DNA of 63,069 nt, filler included, from Craspedostauros australis (lineage: Eukaryota): NCBI GenBank assembly GCA_030167865.1. It is 4 parts of 4 records of this genome, joined end to end, with 100 filler letters (N's around TTAATTAATTAA, not from the genome) between each part and the next. Parts side by side here need not be neighbours in the genome. Positions count along the whole stretch, not along the records: positions 31,235 to 59,194 come from JALAGF010004993.1; 3 more parts are not named here. One strand, given 5' to 3'. This document shows, one piece after another, positions 36,101-48,551 of the stretch; within the stretch, counting starts at the first letter, position 1, and each line of letters begins with the position of its first letter. The position numbers were made by a program, and so were the translations under genes. A model generated the notes under the pieces. It saw only the letters and a list, made by a program, of their open reading frames with translations, ran no database searches and was not told where the DNA came from.

Positions 36101-39100
36101 GCAAGATACGACCAAGAACCAAACGAAGACAACGCCATCCGCATCAGAAGTGGGGCAGGGAACCGCCATCACATTCGTTGTTGACAGACTGTCGCTGTCA
36201 TTGTGCGGTCATTCGGGCGATGCCACATCGCCCTCTGCTCGATCAGATGGAGCCGTGCACACACACTCGTTCGTCATCGACAGGCTGTGTCTTCATTCCG
36301 TCATCGGCGACGAAGGAATGCAGCATGGTCGCATCCTCTGCCACGACCTGGCGCTCTACGAAGGTAAGTACTGACCATTCCAATTCGGAGGTGGAGCCTG
36401 GACAGATATGTGCTCTGGATCCCAGTGCACCCGTAGTCCGTTGGCCTCCTTCATGCTCATGCTCATGCTCATGCTCACGCTCACCCAACATCTCAACAAA
36501 CACTTCCTGCCCATTTCATCTGCTTCCCCGCTGGCTTTTCCCCTCTCTTGTTGCACCTCCTTCGCACAGTGCTTGGGGTCGTAAGCACAAAACGACATCA
36601 TGACATGACGATGGCAGAGCGAGTTCATGCTCTGCGTCAGCGTTGTCTGTGCGGATCACGGGGCAACCTCAGCACGCCGATCGTGTACCGTTCGCAGCTG
36701 TTCACTGCCATATCACATGAATCACCCTCGATATCCATTGACGTCATCAGCAACAGTGCATCCAGCCGAAGCCAAATGCGGCAGCTCAGCGTCCACTGCA
36801 GCATTTACCACATGACTCACAGATTGGATGTCGACTCGCAATGGTGTGCCCATCTCATGGAGAGTCTGAGCAAGATTACCTCCGCAACCACTGCCACCGC
36901 ATCCACCACAGCGTCACCAACACAGGAAACTGCAGGTGGCAGTCATCCTTCCAAAACCAATTCGAACCAACATGGTGCGGAGCGGTCATTGACCAGAGTA
37001 CGTGATGATTTGATGCCAAGGTTGCGTGTGCTATCTTGTGTGAATGCGTTATGTTTGTGCGCGTGTTTGCCTGCATGTCTGTTTATGTGCTTATGTGTTT
37101 TGTGTGCTTCGATGAGCTGTCGATCCACCGATCCACGAACGCTAACGCCACTGCTTGAGCTACACACACTACTCCCCCCCCAACACTCTCCAATGGTACT
37201 GGACTGCGCTGCATCATGGTACTCGTACGCCACAACATACTCATGCGACGCGGTGATCAACTTTGCAGCTTTTTGTTACGTTCGTGGACTGCAACCTTGA
37301 CTACGTAGCGCCATCGTACGTTGCCGCACCTTCGCGATTGATTCTCCGCATTGGCGACTTGCGGGTGTCGGGCAACATGACAAAGCCTTCCGGCAAGCTG
37401 CAAACTCTCAGCGTGTCACTTGGTGACCTCGATGCACACATTTGCAACCGGCAACAATCCTACGAAGTCGAAAACTCGAGATTGTGCAGAGCTTCAGAAA
37501 TGATCCATCCTGACAACAGCCGCATCGGCTTCGTCTCCATGTCCCCGCCAGACACGCTGTTGCGGGAGATGGACTTCATCCACATCGTGTCCCTGGATTC
37601 CATGGACGCCATCGTAGCTCTCGCCCTGAAGCCAGATCAGCTGCCCGCCAAGACAGCGAACACCACCGTAAGCATCACCTTGGGGTTGCTTTCGATCCAC
37701 GCATGCCGAGATTCGTTCAATTGCTTCACGACCACCATCGGGGATCTGCAAGCCAAGCTATCGTCCCTACCCGAGCATGAAATGGACAGACTGGTCAACG
37801 AGCTTCCTTCTGACACATGCGTCACCACTCGCACGAGCACGGATACTCCAGCTTTACAGAGCAGAATCGCTGACGGTGACAAGGGCAGCAGCTCAGATGC
37901 TTTAGAAGGATCAGATAGGACGAAGAAGCAAGGATCGATACAATCAAGCTCTGATGATGCAGCCATGAGTATCGAGGACAAGCTCAACAGACGGAATCAT
38001 CCTGATTTCTCGTCATTCCTTCTGGATGGGTACGACTGGACAACGATTGATCACAATCCGCTGCCGGAGGTGGCCATTCCTCAGGGCCGGGAGGAGGTAG
38101 GGATGTGGTACTCAAAGTCGGCCGTCGAACACAGCAACAAACGTCCGCATATTCCCAGCTACTTGCTCGGCGCTGCGAAGATCGGTACCTCGAGCATCCT
38201 CAACCCTCAGCACTTCCCGATGCACAAACTTTCGGATCCGCTGTCAGAAGGTGATATGGATGCACCGAGGTTCGCGGCGACTAACTATGTACCTTCGGTG
38301 AAGAACCGAGTCCTCATCCACAAACTCGATTTCAAGATGCGCCTCTTCGATGGGTATGACTGGCCGAATGAGATCGACGAGGATATCCGATCACTCGCAA
38401 AGAAATCAAACTTCTTTGTGATCGAGGGGGAGCTCGAGAAGCAGGCCCTCGCAAGGAAGGCAGCGGTGGAAAACGAGGACGAAGATAAGGATGTAGACTT
38501 GGGTGGCCCGTCAGACACCGTGGAGGAATCCAAGGTTGAGAGTACGTCGATGTTGATGAACGATCTATTGGGTGATACCGCAGATGTACCGTCCGTGTTC
38601 GAAGATACTCCGTTACCTGAGGAGAGGATGCGAAGAATAATGAAGGAATCCGAGCTGCTGTACTTCTCCCGCAAGACCCATCGATTCTTCCAGATCGCAC
38701 TGAACGAAGTGCAGGTGAGGTTGGATGGATACACCGAGCGCCCCGATCATCATTTGGCCTCCGTCCTCGAGCTGAGCGCCAAAGATTTGTTCGTGATGGA
38801 GACTGTCAGCAGCGTCCAACCCATCAAGATGGCTGGCGAATGGGTCAATGACAAAGAACACCCACGTGACTCCACAACGGGTGCACTGATGTTGAAGGTA
38901 CGTCACGCTGTGCTGTGCCGTGCCGTGCCGCTTCTCTGCCGTGCTACGTGCTTTATTCTCTGAGGTGAAAGACTGCGCTGCCATGCGCTGCGGAACAGTC
39001 CGTGAAAGTGGTCCGTCATGTTTCGCTGCTTTTGCAGCCAGGGCTATGGCATTCATGTATGTGTGCATGATCGCGACCTTCGTGCTAATCACTGTTTGAT

Positions 39101-40289
39101 GATTGGAATGCGACCGCTAATCGTCTTTTGTGCTCCACCTTTTTGATTCCAACGCAACGGAACGTATCTGTCTACTCTGTACTGCTCTACTCTACTTTTT
39201 CATGCTGGACAATGGACATCCTACTTTGTGCCTTGCTGTGCCGACCTGCAGATGATCACATGGAACCCCGAGCACCGGATCACACCAGAACGACAGCTGG
39301 TTGGGGATGAATGCGAGCTGAGCATCGAACTGTTGCCAATGCGATGCCTCATCGATCAGAGCGCCATCAACTTTGCTCGGGCATTTTTTGCGGACGATGG
39401 ATCGGACAGCGACGATGGCATCGATGTGAATGGCAAGTGGCAGCTGCAGCTTAATTTGGTGCCGGCCCCTCACTTCATCTCGTTCCGAGTCAAGCCATGG
39501 AAGCTGAAGGTGGATTACTACCCGAAGAAGCTCAACATTGACGCGTTGCGGGACGGTAGCATCGTCGAGTTGGTCAATCTAAGTCCAATCGATGCGATGG
39601 TGATACGGTTGAATGAGGTCCGCGTCGAAGACGTGATCGGGTTTGGCTCAACGTTCGGCGGGGCTGTGTCGCAATGGATCGGAGACATATGCGCAACTCA
39701 GCTTCACAAATTCCTGACGAGTGCTCGTCCATTCGAACCGCTGTCGAATGTCGTCGGCGGCATTTCCGACTTGGTGGTACTTCCGTATGAGGCGTACTCG
39801 AATGGAGAGAGCGTGGGCCGGGCCATGGCCGCGGGTGTCACGCTGCTGGCGGAGACCGTCGCATTCGAAACGCTCTCGACGACCTCGAGGTTGACAAAAT
39901 TCGCTGCTTCCCAGATGGCGAAGGCTCTCGAAGAGAACAACCCGCACATGGCATCGGCGGCATCCAACCCGTTGCCGTCGAGGCCATTGGCCACGCCGAA
40001 GGGGATGTCAGATGTGACGGGACATGCCTTCGAAAGCTTGGCGCGGGGGCTGAAGGCCGCCAATTACAAGGTGGTGGTGGTGCCGTATCGCGAAATGTCG
40101 AGGCACGGGACGTCGGGTGCTGTAAAGAGCGTGATTCGCGGTATCCCAGTGTTAATCGTGGCCCCGTTGACGGGCGCGACGGAGGCCATATCGTACACGT
40201 TGCTGGGTGCTCGCAACGCTCTGCGACCCGACATCCGCAAAGAGGAAGAGGCCACGAGAACGGGTCTGTCCTGCAATGTGCAGCACTGA
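33144..40289 (+). CDS. ATG2: Autophagy-related protein 2 (bridge-like lipid transfer protein); 4 exons (33144-36363, 36570-36997, 37269-38897, 39252-40289)
   Basis: Chorein_N-like start (WKQRLIAFLLRRFLGPFL...IDVSFNDGSIALTNVGLN), RLFDGYDW, LLPMRCLIDQ, LKVDYYPK, ELVNL and an ATG_C-like end (IPVLIVAPLTGATEAISYTLLGARNALRPD). Three in-phase GT-AG introns. Confidence 0.9.
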
Positions 40290-40665
40290 ACCAGGTGCGG
40301 ACGAGACGCAGCGTCGCCGAAACAACATCTTGAATTGGTTGGAATACCAATACTCCATGGCGAGTCCGATCGAGCTGTCTCCTCCCACCAGTGGTTGGAA
40401 CGACAGTTGGTGATCAGCAGTGCTCTCAATGTAACCACACTCCGTTGATGTGCTGGAGACCAGGTAGCCGTATCGAGTAATGCACACAGCATCATCGAGC
40501 ATTCCTACTCGAGAGTCTCCCAATAACTGTGCGAGTAGCTCGAAAGTGTACCAATTCTCGTATCAATACTCGTATTAGTACCAACACCACGAGTACTCGG
40601 AACAGCGTGTACTATGAGAATACCGTACTCTGATCATACTGTTTCCCACGAGTACGTAATATGCT

Positions 40666-41661
40666 CTATTTTGGCAATTCTAGCTTGGCTGCCTTGAGGA
40701 CCTTCGCCGCTTGCCTATCCGCTGTGGCCGGCTTGATCTTCTTCGCCCACGTGATGAGCTTGCTGATTTCCTTCTCCGTCGTTGATCCCTTCCCCTCGGC
40801 CTCTACGAGCTGCTTCTTCTGCTCCTCCAGCGCCTTGAGCAGGAGATCCTGCAATTCGGATGCCGGCTTCTTGGCAAAATTGTGAAAACTGGGAGACATG
40901 GCGGGATCTCGCATGTCGTTGATCTTCCCCACATCATCGCCCTTCGTGCACACGTAGACACCCGGGAATCCCTCGAGCGCGTCGTAATCCATGGGTGGGT
41001 TCTTGGGCAGCGACGCCGGATCCGGCCATTCGTAGGCGTACCACCACCGCACCAGGAGACGTTGGATGAGCAATCCCTTGGTGCAGTTGTTGGCAAACAA
41101 CGTCGAGGATAATGATTTGTAGGCCCCGTTGGAAGATGAAGCCGTCGTTGATTTCTTGGAGGCTGCAGCTGCTTTCTTCTTTTTGGTCGGCGTCGCCTTC
41201 TTTTTCGTGGGCGTTGCTTTCTTCTTCTTCGTTCCGTTCTTTGCCTTTTTGGATGGAGATTTGAGTGCTGCCAGTGGTATGTCATCATCATCATCGTCGT
41301 CGTCATCATCGTCGTCTTCATCTTCGTTGTAATTTACAACTCTTGTGGATGATCTTCGCCTTCGTCTGCTGGGACTTGTGGCCTCCTCCTCCTCCTCCTC
41401 TTCTTCTTCCTCCTCTTCTTCTTCTTCTTCCTCCTGTTGTTCATCTTCACCGTCTTCATCTTCATATGATCCTTCACCGTCATCATCACCACCGTCATCA
41501 TCACCATCATCGTCGTCTTCATCTACATCCATTTCATCCTCTCCATTCTCTTCGTCCTCCTCTTCTCCGTTGCTGTCGTTGTCATCTTCATTGTCTTCCT
41601 GTTCTTCCTCGTACTCTTCTTCTTCTTCCTCCTCCTCCTCATGTTCAGATGATGATGACAT
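40666..41661 (-). CDS. Hypothetical, probably nuclear protein: very acidic N-terminus, Lys-rich linker, globular C-terminal domain
   Basis: About 125 aa of D/E tracts, DDDDIPLAALK, KKKATPTKKK repeats, then LIQRLLVRWWYAYEWP...GFPGVYVC...PSFHNF and helical coils. Confidence 0.75.
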   Translation of the reverse strand: MSSSSEHEEEEEEEEEYEEEQEDNEDDNDSNGEEEDEENGEDEMDVDEDDDDGDDDGGDDDGEGSYEDEDGEDEQQEEEEEEEEEEEEEEEEEATSPSRRRRRSSTRVVNYNEDEDDDDDDDDDDDDIPLAALKSPSKKAKNGTKKKKATPTKKKATPTKKKKAAAASKKSTTASSSNGAYKSLSSTLFANNCTKGLLIQRLLVRWWYAYEWPDPASLPKNPPMDYDALEGFPGVYVCTKGDDVGKINDMRDPAMSPSFHNFAKKPASELQDLLLKALEEQKKQLVEAEGKGSTTEKEISKLITWAKKIKPATADRQAAKVLKAAKLELPK

Positions 41662-42486
41662 GATCGTCAAAGGATGCTTGCACTGGGGCCACTGTTACTG
41701 TTGGCGATGGCGTCAATGTAGCGTTTGTTGTTGGCGTTGGCGTTGGCGTTGGCGTCGTTCGTAAGGGGATCTTCGTCGAGCACAGGTACCTCGTTGCGAT
41801 GCGTTGCTCTGCAGTGAGAGTTGGGGTTGTCAACGAAGGTGGTTTCTGGATGATGGATTGTATATATGATATTATATCGTGTTATACTCGTCGGTACTCT
41901 GTCGGAACGTATCTGTCTCTCGAGGGAGGAAGGTACTCGTCATCCACTCTCGGCTGTTGCGAGCAGTTCAGCTTTGCGATCAATGCTCGGCCCAAGTAAG
42001 CTCAGACAAACAATCACGAACCCACCCATGTCTCGCACATCGCAACCGCGCCAAACAAAATTCGAGGAGAGCGCTGAGACAAAGCGCGCGAGGGCCACCC
42101 AAAAATTCGAGGGGGCCATGGTTGGCATGTTTCGTTCTTTCGAACAGACAGCATCTTGCTTTTTTGGGTGGCTGCCACCGACGACGGACAGGACGCGGCT
42201 CTTGTCGTTGATTCGATCGACCAAATCATCGCCAGATTTTGGATTGTTGCGAATTGTGGTGGCAAAACGAATCCGACAGGACGATGGTGGCGGATCGCGC
42301 CCTTCATGGCAGGTTCTGTGCTGTTGATGGTTGCCGATGGATTGATTCATCGATTGACTGATCCATCCATTCCTTCAGGCATTGCGCAGGCGATCATGCC
42401 CGCACACTTCGGTGGAAAGAGAAAGAGTCATCACTATGCACATACATCAGCACAGAGCACTGTTGCAAACGATATAAGACTTCAGG

Positions 42487-43527
42487 ATGCTTTCGAGGAG
42501 TTTGCAATTCGCGAGAGTTGTGGGGCGGCAGAGATGTCATTCTGCCAGGAACGGCATTCGAACCAGCTTGCTGCCGGGAAGAACGGTCGCGATACGGCCA
42601 TCGCCGCTGTTTTCGAATCTGCCTTCGTGCTCCAGATCTTTCAGCAGCAATTCGGAGACAAGCATGACTACAAGTGCAACTGCAAGTCCAGATGCAGGCG
42701 CAGGTGCAGATGCAGGTGCAGATGCAGGTACAGTTGGTGAGAATGCGGCTAAACCAGCTGATGCACTATCACCACCACAATCATCATCATCCTCAATATC
42801 ATCCAATCGCAACAGCAGCAACAACAACAACAGCAACAACAAAAGCAATGACGAACGACATGTCACCATGTACGAGCGCAATGCTGAACGCAACATGATC
42901 CCGCGTATTGCCACGGGCATCTCGTACTTCATCACGGCCTACTGGACGTGGTACGTCACCGACTTCGTCCCCGCCGTCAACGCATCGCCTATCGAGGATC
43001 TGCACATCGATCCCACCATCGGCTACCTCGGCATGGGACTGGGTCTCATGACAAACATCGTCGCAACCCTCTACCCGATTCAGACCATTTCCAAGATCAG
43101 CATGCCGGTCACATCCTCCCAGCCCTACTTTCGCGTTCACATGCACACTTTTCCATTCATCCAGCCGTCCGCCAAATTTGTGGATTACCCGTTAGGCAAG
43201 CTCTACCTCGACACCAAGTCGGGCGACACGAAGACGATACTGAATCAATTTAAGGGCGATATTTCACAGTTCCGCGGTCACTTGGGCATCTCCATCGCCG
43301 ACCACTACGTCCCCATCCTCATGGAAATCCGTGATGCCAACGAACTAACATCGTCGAAGCAGCGGAATCAGCGGTTCGTGGAAGCACTCCTATTGCATGT
43401 TGGCGAAGCGACAGCACAAGGTCGGAAGCCCAAGAAAGGACGTCGCGTCGTAACATCGCAAGCCAGTGCGAAGCCCAGCAAACTGCAGTTCAAAAAGAAG
43501 CGGGGATCGCGGCGGCACCAAAGCTGA
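42487..43527 (+). CDS. Putative mitochondrial membrane protein (2 TM; TMEM70/186/223-like architecture, unverified)
   Basis: Arg/Ser-rich, nearly acid-free presequence ending SRSFSS; two hydrophobic segments (IATGISYFITAYWTWYV and IGYLGMGLGLMTNIVATLY); basic tail. Confidence 0.6.
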   Translation: MLSRSLQFARVVGRQRCHSARNGIRTSLLPGRTVAIRPSPLFSNLPSCSRSFSSNSETSMTTSATASPDAGAGADAGADAGTVGENAAKPADALSPPQSSSSSISSNRNSSNNNNSNNKSNDERHVTMYERNAERNMIPRIATGISYFITAYWTWYVTDFVPAVNASPIEDLHIDPTIGYLGMGLGLMTNIVATLYPIQTISKISMPVTSSQPYFRVHMHTFPFIQPSAKFVDYPLGKLYLDTKSGDTKTILNQFKGDISQFRGHLGISIADHYVPILMEIRDANELTSSKQRNQRFVEALLLHVGEATAQGRKPKKGRRVVTSQASAKPSKLQFKKKRGSRRHQS

Positions 43528-44126
43528 TCATGTGCAACATGTACTCGAATAGATTAGAGAAAAGTAGAGGACGCGTCTCCTTGCTCATTCAATTCGATTA
43601 CACTGATTTTCCATGCAAGTACTACCGGTGTGTTGCGTCCAGTTTCGATTGGATCGGTGGAAGACAAGGTGCGAGTACAGAGAGTACAGAGTGTAGCGAT
43701 GGAACACATACCTGGCATGCCATGCAACAAACATGTTTTAACGTACTCGTAGCTACCCACATTAATCCATAGTTGCGTTGGCATCTCTTTCTCTCTCTCT
43801 CTCTCTCTCTGAGATCCTTCATGACGGGAATAATCACGTACAACTCGAGCATTTAAAGTGTCTTGCAAATGAGGGACTCTAACATGTGCTGGCACAACTA
43901 CCGATGATCATGTGCACAGAACTACTGCACCCCACATTTCTGTCTCAGCAGTGATGGTCAAATTTCAAGTGCTGTGGCAGCCGTGCTTGTTGTCGCTGAT
44001 GAGCATGTCATCGCAACGTCCCATAGCGACAGCAACGGCATCTGATATCGCACTCCACTCCAATGCACTCCAATGCACCCCACCACAGTTCTCTAATCGA
44101 CTCTGCTCTGCTCTACTCCGCAAACT

Positions 44127-44807
44127 CTATTGAATCCGATCGCACGTGAAGCAAGACGGCGCGCATTCCGTCTGCATGAAGTTGGGGTTGGACGTGCATT
44201 CTCCCTGCACGCTCCACTGCGCGCACATGTCGTGCTTGTTGATGCATTGCGTGAGGACACGGACGTCCCGGTGGGATTGCCGAATGACGTGCATCTGGGC
44301 CTCGTAGATACGCTGCAGAACATCGCGTTCTTGATTGGGTTCCGTCACGATCTGATGCGCCGACGCGCCGCCCAGGGTGTGCAGATGCACGCAGGAATCG
44401 CAGGCCTGACGGCATTGCGTGAGCATGTACTGCGGGTTCTTCTTGCATTCGCCTTGTCTGGCCCAATTGCTGCATTCGCGATTGGTGTTGAGGCATTGTC
44501 TCAGTTCTTGCGGTGATGGATCTTCCGATGTCTTCTCCTGTTGTTGTTGTTGTTGCTGTTGCTGCTGCTGGATATGCCGCTGTTGTTCTGTATCAACGGG
44601 CACCAGGCATTTGTAAGCATCCATCGTCTCATTGGTTGGGACGCATTCGGAGTTCACCTTGCTGGGGTGCAAGGAATCGCCATCGCCATTGCTATTGCCA
44701 TTGTTGGCAGAGGCCTCATCAGCAGCGAGAAACGCCACCAACAGCAGCATCATGATCAACCGCCACGCGGAAGGAACGGCATTGGATCGGGCCATCATCG
44801 TCGGCAT
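44127..44807 (-). CDS. Secreted protein with two ShKT domains
   Basis: Signal peptide (WRLIMMLLLVAFLAADEASA); domains CLNTNRECSNWARQGECKKNPQYMLTQCRQACDSC and CINKHDMCAQWSVQGECTSNPNFMQTECAPSCFTC. Confidence 0.88.
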   Translation of the reverse strand: MPTMMARSNAVPSAWRLIMMLLLVAFLAADEASANNGNSNGDGDSLHPSKVNSECVPTNETMDAYKCLVPVDTEQQRHIQQQQQQQQQQQEKTSEDPSPQELRQCLNTNRECSNWARQGECKKNPQYMLTQCRQACDSCVHLHTLGGASAHQIVTEPNQERDVLQRIYEAQMHVIRQSHRDVRVLTQCINKHDMCAQWSVQGECTSNPNFMQTECAPSCFTCDRIQ

Positions 44808-45465
44808 TGTTCTTCAAGTTTGTGCCGCTATGTTCTCGTATGTAGGTGTGCCAGTTGGTGTGGTATCTGGATGGCACGTCCTCCTGGTTCTGTCTCTGTT
44901 TGTGGTCATGCGCTGCGTTCTGGTGAATGTATCCGTATGTACGTGCATGTGTGTGCATGTGTGCAAGCGTGGTGAGTAGATGCGGGAGGTGTTGTGGTTG
45001 GCGGGAACGCCTGCTTGTGACTATTTTGGGTCATTCGTTTCTTCCACGTTTCTCTTAGTCCATCGAATCAATCGAGATGATGATTCACATTCGTGACTAG
45101 AATGGTGTTCGCATGCACAAACACGCTCGAATGCGCGCCGAAATGAGCACATCGAAATTCAAAACCGAAACCACGAACAAAATCTCGACCGCCGCCACAG
45201 ACCAAACAACAACAACACAAACACGCAGCATGTGGAGGAAGAAAGGTGGCACGAACATCGTGATCATCACGAAGCGTCGAGCATCCTCGTGACAAAGTCA
45301 TACCACCACACGTGCACACTCGGACGTGCTCTTCACCATTCACATCTCGTAACCTGCACAGTCGGAGGCACAGGCGCAGGCACAGTGTCAGAGATAGAGA
45401 TAGAGATTGAGGCAAACGATAGAACGAACGATCCATTATAGATCGCACAACGAAGAAGAGTGACG

Positions 45466-48067
45466 ATGTCACCGAAACAGTCGCGAAGGGCCCCGAGCTC
45501 CGACAAGCAGCTCTCGGACAGTTTCCAGAATGCTGCGGCTCGAAAACAGCCGCAGAGGCAGAGGGCCGAATCCGCCAGCTCTTCAGCCAACAAGAAGGGT
45601 TCATCAGCTCGAGTGGCAACTCGGCAGAGCGCCAGACGAACGGTCGAATCTATTTCCGTGGAAAGGAGCCCGAGCACGGGGATGGAGGACGTCGATCAAT
45701 TCTTCAACTCTGCTGGCACTCCCGACTCGACCAAGCAAAGTCCTGCGAAGGCCTCGCGCAACAGGAGCGCCAAGCAGAATCGCAAGCCATCCAAGTCATC
45801 GGTTCCCACCACGCGCCTGAGCAAGGCCGCTGCCACGCCGCAACAACGTGTTCAATTCCAGCTGCCTGATGATCCGTCCGCCAATGCCTCCGCCAATCCT
45901 GGCACCGCAAACGGACCATCCGCAGCCACCATTGCGAATGTACCAAGCAAGCAGCTGAGCCAATCGAGCAGGAGCAAAAGGAAGAGGCTGACGGCGGATG
46001 TAGATGATTTGGACATGCTCAGTCCCGTGGCAACGGCACCACCGTCTCCGGTTCCCACTCCATCTCCGCCGCCCTCTCCGCCAGCAGAGGATGTTAATGA
46101 AAGCATGAACCCCGAGATGGACAAAGATGACATCGATCAGCAGAAGCAGCAGAAACAGCAGCAGCAGATTCCAGACGCATCCTCACCTCAAGCCTCCCAA
46201 GGTGGTGACGGTGACGTCGATGACAGAGGCGATCCGGTGGACATGAATATGGACGTGGGCACAGGGATGGATATCCAAGACACTGATGATGATGATGCCA
46301 ATGCCAGCAACAAGGACTTCACGACGACCTTTTTGACGCAGCCACAAGAAGTAATTCAGAATCAAGGTCAGAAGAGACGTGGAAGTGGGCAAGGCGTGGT
46401 CGATGCAACATCGCTCGAGAACGATGACGGCGAGCAACTCCCAGTACCACCGCCTGAGAATGATGATGATGAAAATGAGGCGATGCTGGCCATGCCCGCC
46501 GACGAAGGGGACAGCGATGATACCACCTCTGAGGTCGAGAATGCAGACTTGGTGCCTCCCAATCGGCTCGTCCCTGCCGACCAAACCCCCGACCATGCCA
46601 CCACACCGTCTATGGAGAGAGACGCTATTCCTTCACCAAACATGGCATCGCCGAATGCCTTGGATGGAATTAACGACAACGTTGGTGGTGACGAGGACGA
46701 CATGGATGATGACGGTGAAGGTGGTGGGTTCAATGTGGTCGATGACGCCGTGACTCCGCCGAGAACCAGGAGGTCTCCAGGCTTAGTGCTATCAAACATC
46801 AAATCATCCAACTCCAGACGCTCGAAGCGACACCGGCGAAGGTCGCATGAATCGAGGGCGTCCACGGAGCAAAGTGTCGCTTCTGAGACTAGCCAATCGA
46901 TGGCCAGTCCGGAGCCAGTGGGAGCCAACAAGCGGGGCAAGAGATCAAAGCAACAGGCGCGAAGCAGAAACATATTCTCACCTCCACCGGCTGGCAACCG
47001 AGAATACACACAAAGCCCCGTCCGAAATCGAGCACAAGTATCTCCGGAGGATCGGAATGTACGCAGATCAAAGCGCAACAAAACCAAGCCGCTGCAATTC
47101 TGGAAGAACGAAAAGTTGGTATACGGCGCTCATGAGGAAGAAGGAGAGCTGGGTGAGCTCATGGGCGACATGCCAGTCGTGATTTCCGTTCAAAAGGCGC
47201 TCAAGACACCCAAAAAGACAAGGCCCGCAAAGGCCGCAAGGCCAACGATCAAGTTCAATCCCACGGCGTTGCGCAAAAAGTATGCCATCGAAGAGGGCAA
47301 CAAGGCCGAGCTGTGGGACGAAGATGAGGAACAAATTCGAAGGATTCGTAAGTACTCCCGCGAGGTTTTGCTTCGGGTGATTGCAACGCCAATTCAATCG
47401 ATGAACTCGAATGTGGATGCGGAGCAACCGTCCGAGCGCACTGTTCAACGAGTATCATGATGTGCTCCTGCTACAAGTCCTGTGCACGATATGTTCATTT
47501 TTGGCTGTCATTTGCTGACGCCGCGGCTCATCGTCATTTTGCGACACACCTACAATTGAATGCTCTGCTCTACAATACTGTGCACCACCACCACGCCATT
47601 CTACCTTCGCAGAGGTTGTTGCATACGCAGCGGACATGGTGGAGATGCAAATGCCCATCCAAGTGGGTAGAACGAAGAGCGAAGGGTTGGTGAGCTCCTT
47701 CGCGTCGTCAGGTTTCGATGTCAAGCTCGACCCGACAAGCAAATCTCTCGAAGGCTTCATCATGGGCTCCTTGCGTCTCCCCCCGAAGGGTATCAAGGAT
47801 CCTGACACCGTAGGACAGTGCCTGCAAACCTATACGGTGTGCAGCTGTCAACCGGAGACGTTGGAGCTGGCCTTCCGAGACCCCAGGGATGAGAAGTTTC
47901 GGAAGAAGACTGCGACGCGTTTCCTGCTGAGCCCCGGCGACCTGTTCTGCGTGCCACCGTACAGCAGCTACCGGTTGCAGAATCATTCGCCCACAATGGA
48001 GTGCATCATCACGTGGACGGTCGTCAAGCTGACCGATGATGCCGGTTCAGGAGATGAAGACATGTAG
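45466..48067 (+). CDS. CENPC: Centromere protein C / Mif2 homologue; 2 exons (45466-47347, 47613-48067)
   Basis: Long disordered S/P/D-rich body; CENP-C motif NVRRSKRNKTKPLQFWKNEKLVY; C-terminal cupin-like domain (GSLRLPPKGIK...FLLSPGDLFCVPPYSSYRLQNHS). Phase-1 GTAAGT...CAG intron. Confidence 0.85.
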
Positions 48068-48551
48068 AGGAGAATGTGTGCGTGGGCGTGTGCGTGCGCA
48101 CCATACATATGTACGAGCAAGAGACAAAGCAAGAGAGGAACGCGCGTGAGGCAAAAGAGCCGAGGCTTGCGAACCATCAAGGGAAACGATGTGGGGCTTT
48201 TTGGACGTGCCGACACGCCGATCTGGACGGCGCTTGCGTCGGCTGTTACATATCCAAGAGTAACATGGTGCTTTAAATCATGTAGAAGCACATACTAGTA
48301 GCACACAGAGCGGAGAAATACGTAGTGGAACTTGTGGCCGCGAGCGCTGCCGCTACACTGGAAGAGGCAACGTCGCTGGTGTGGCATCGTGGAGAAAAAC
48401 AAAGAAAACTAGAATAAAATGGATCGACGGTGAATAGCACACTCTTCAAATCGCATCGCATTCATGTGCGTGCTGATCTTCGTTGAAGTGAGCCCCTGCA
48501 CAATCTGCAATCCGTTGTCTGCCGTCTATCATCGACAGTTTACGATCATAG

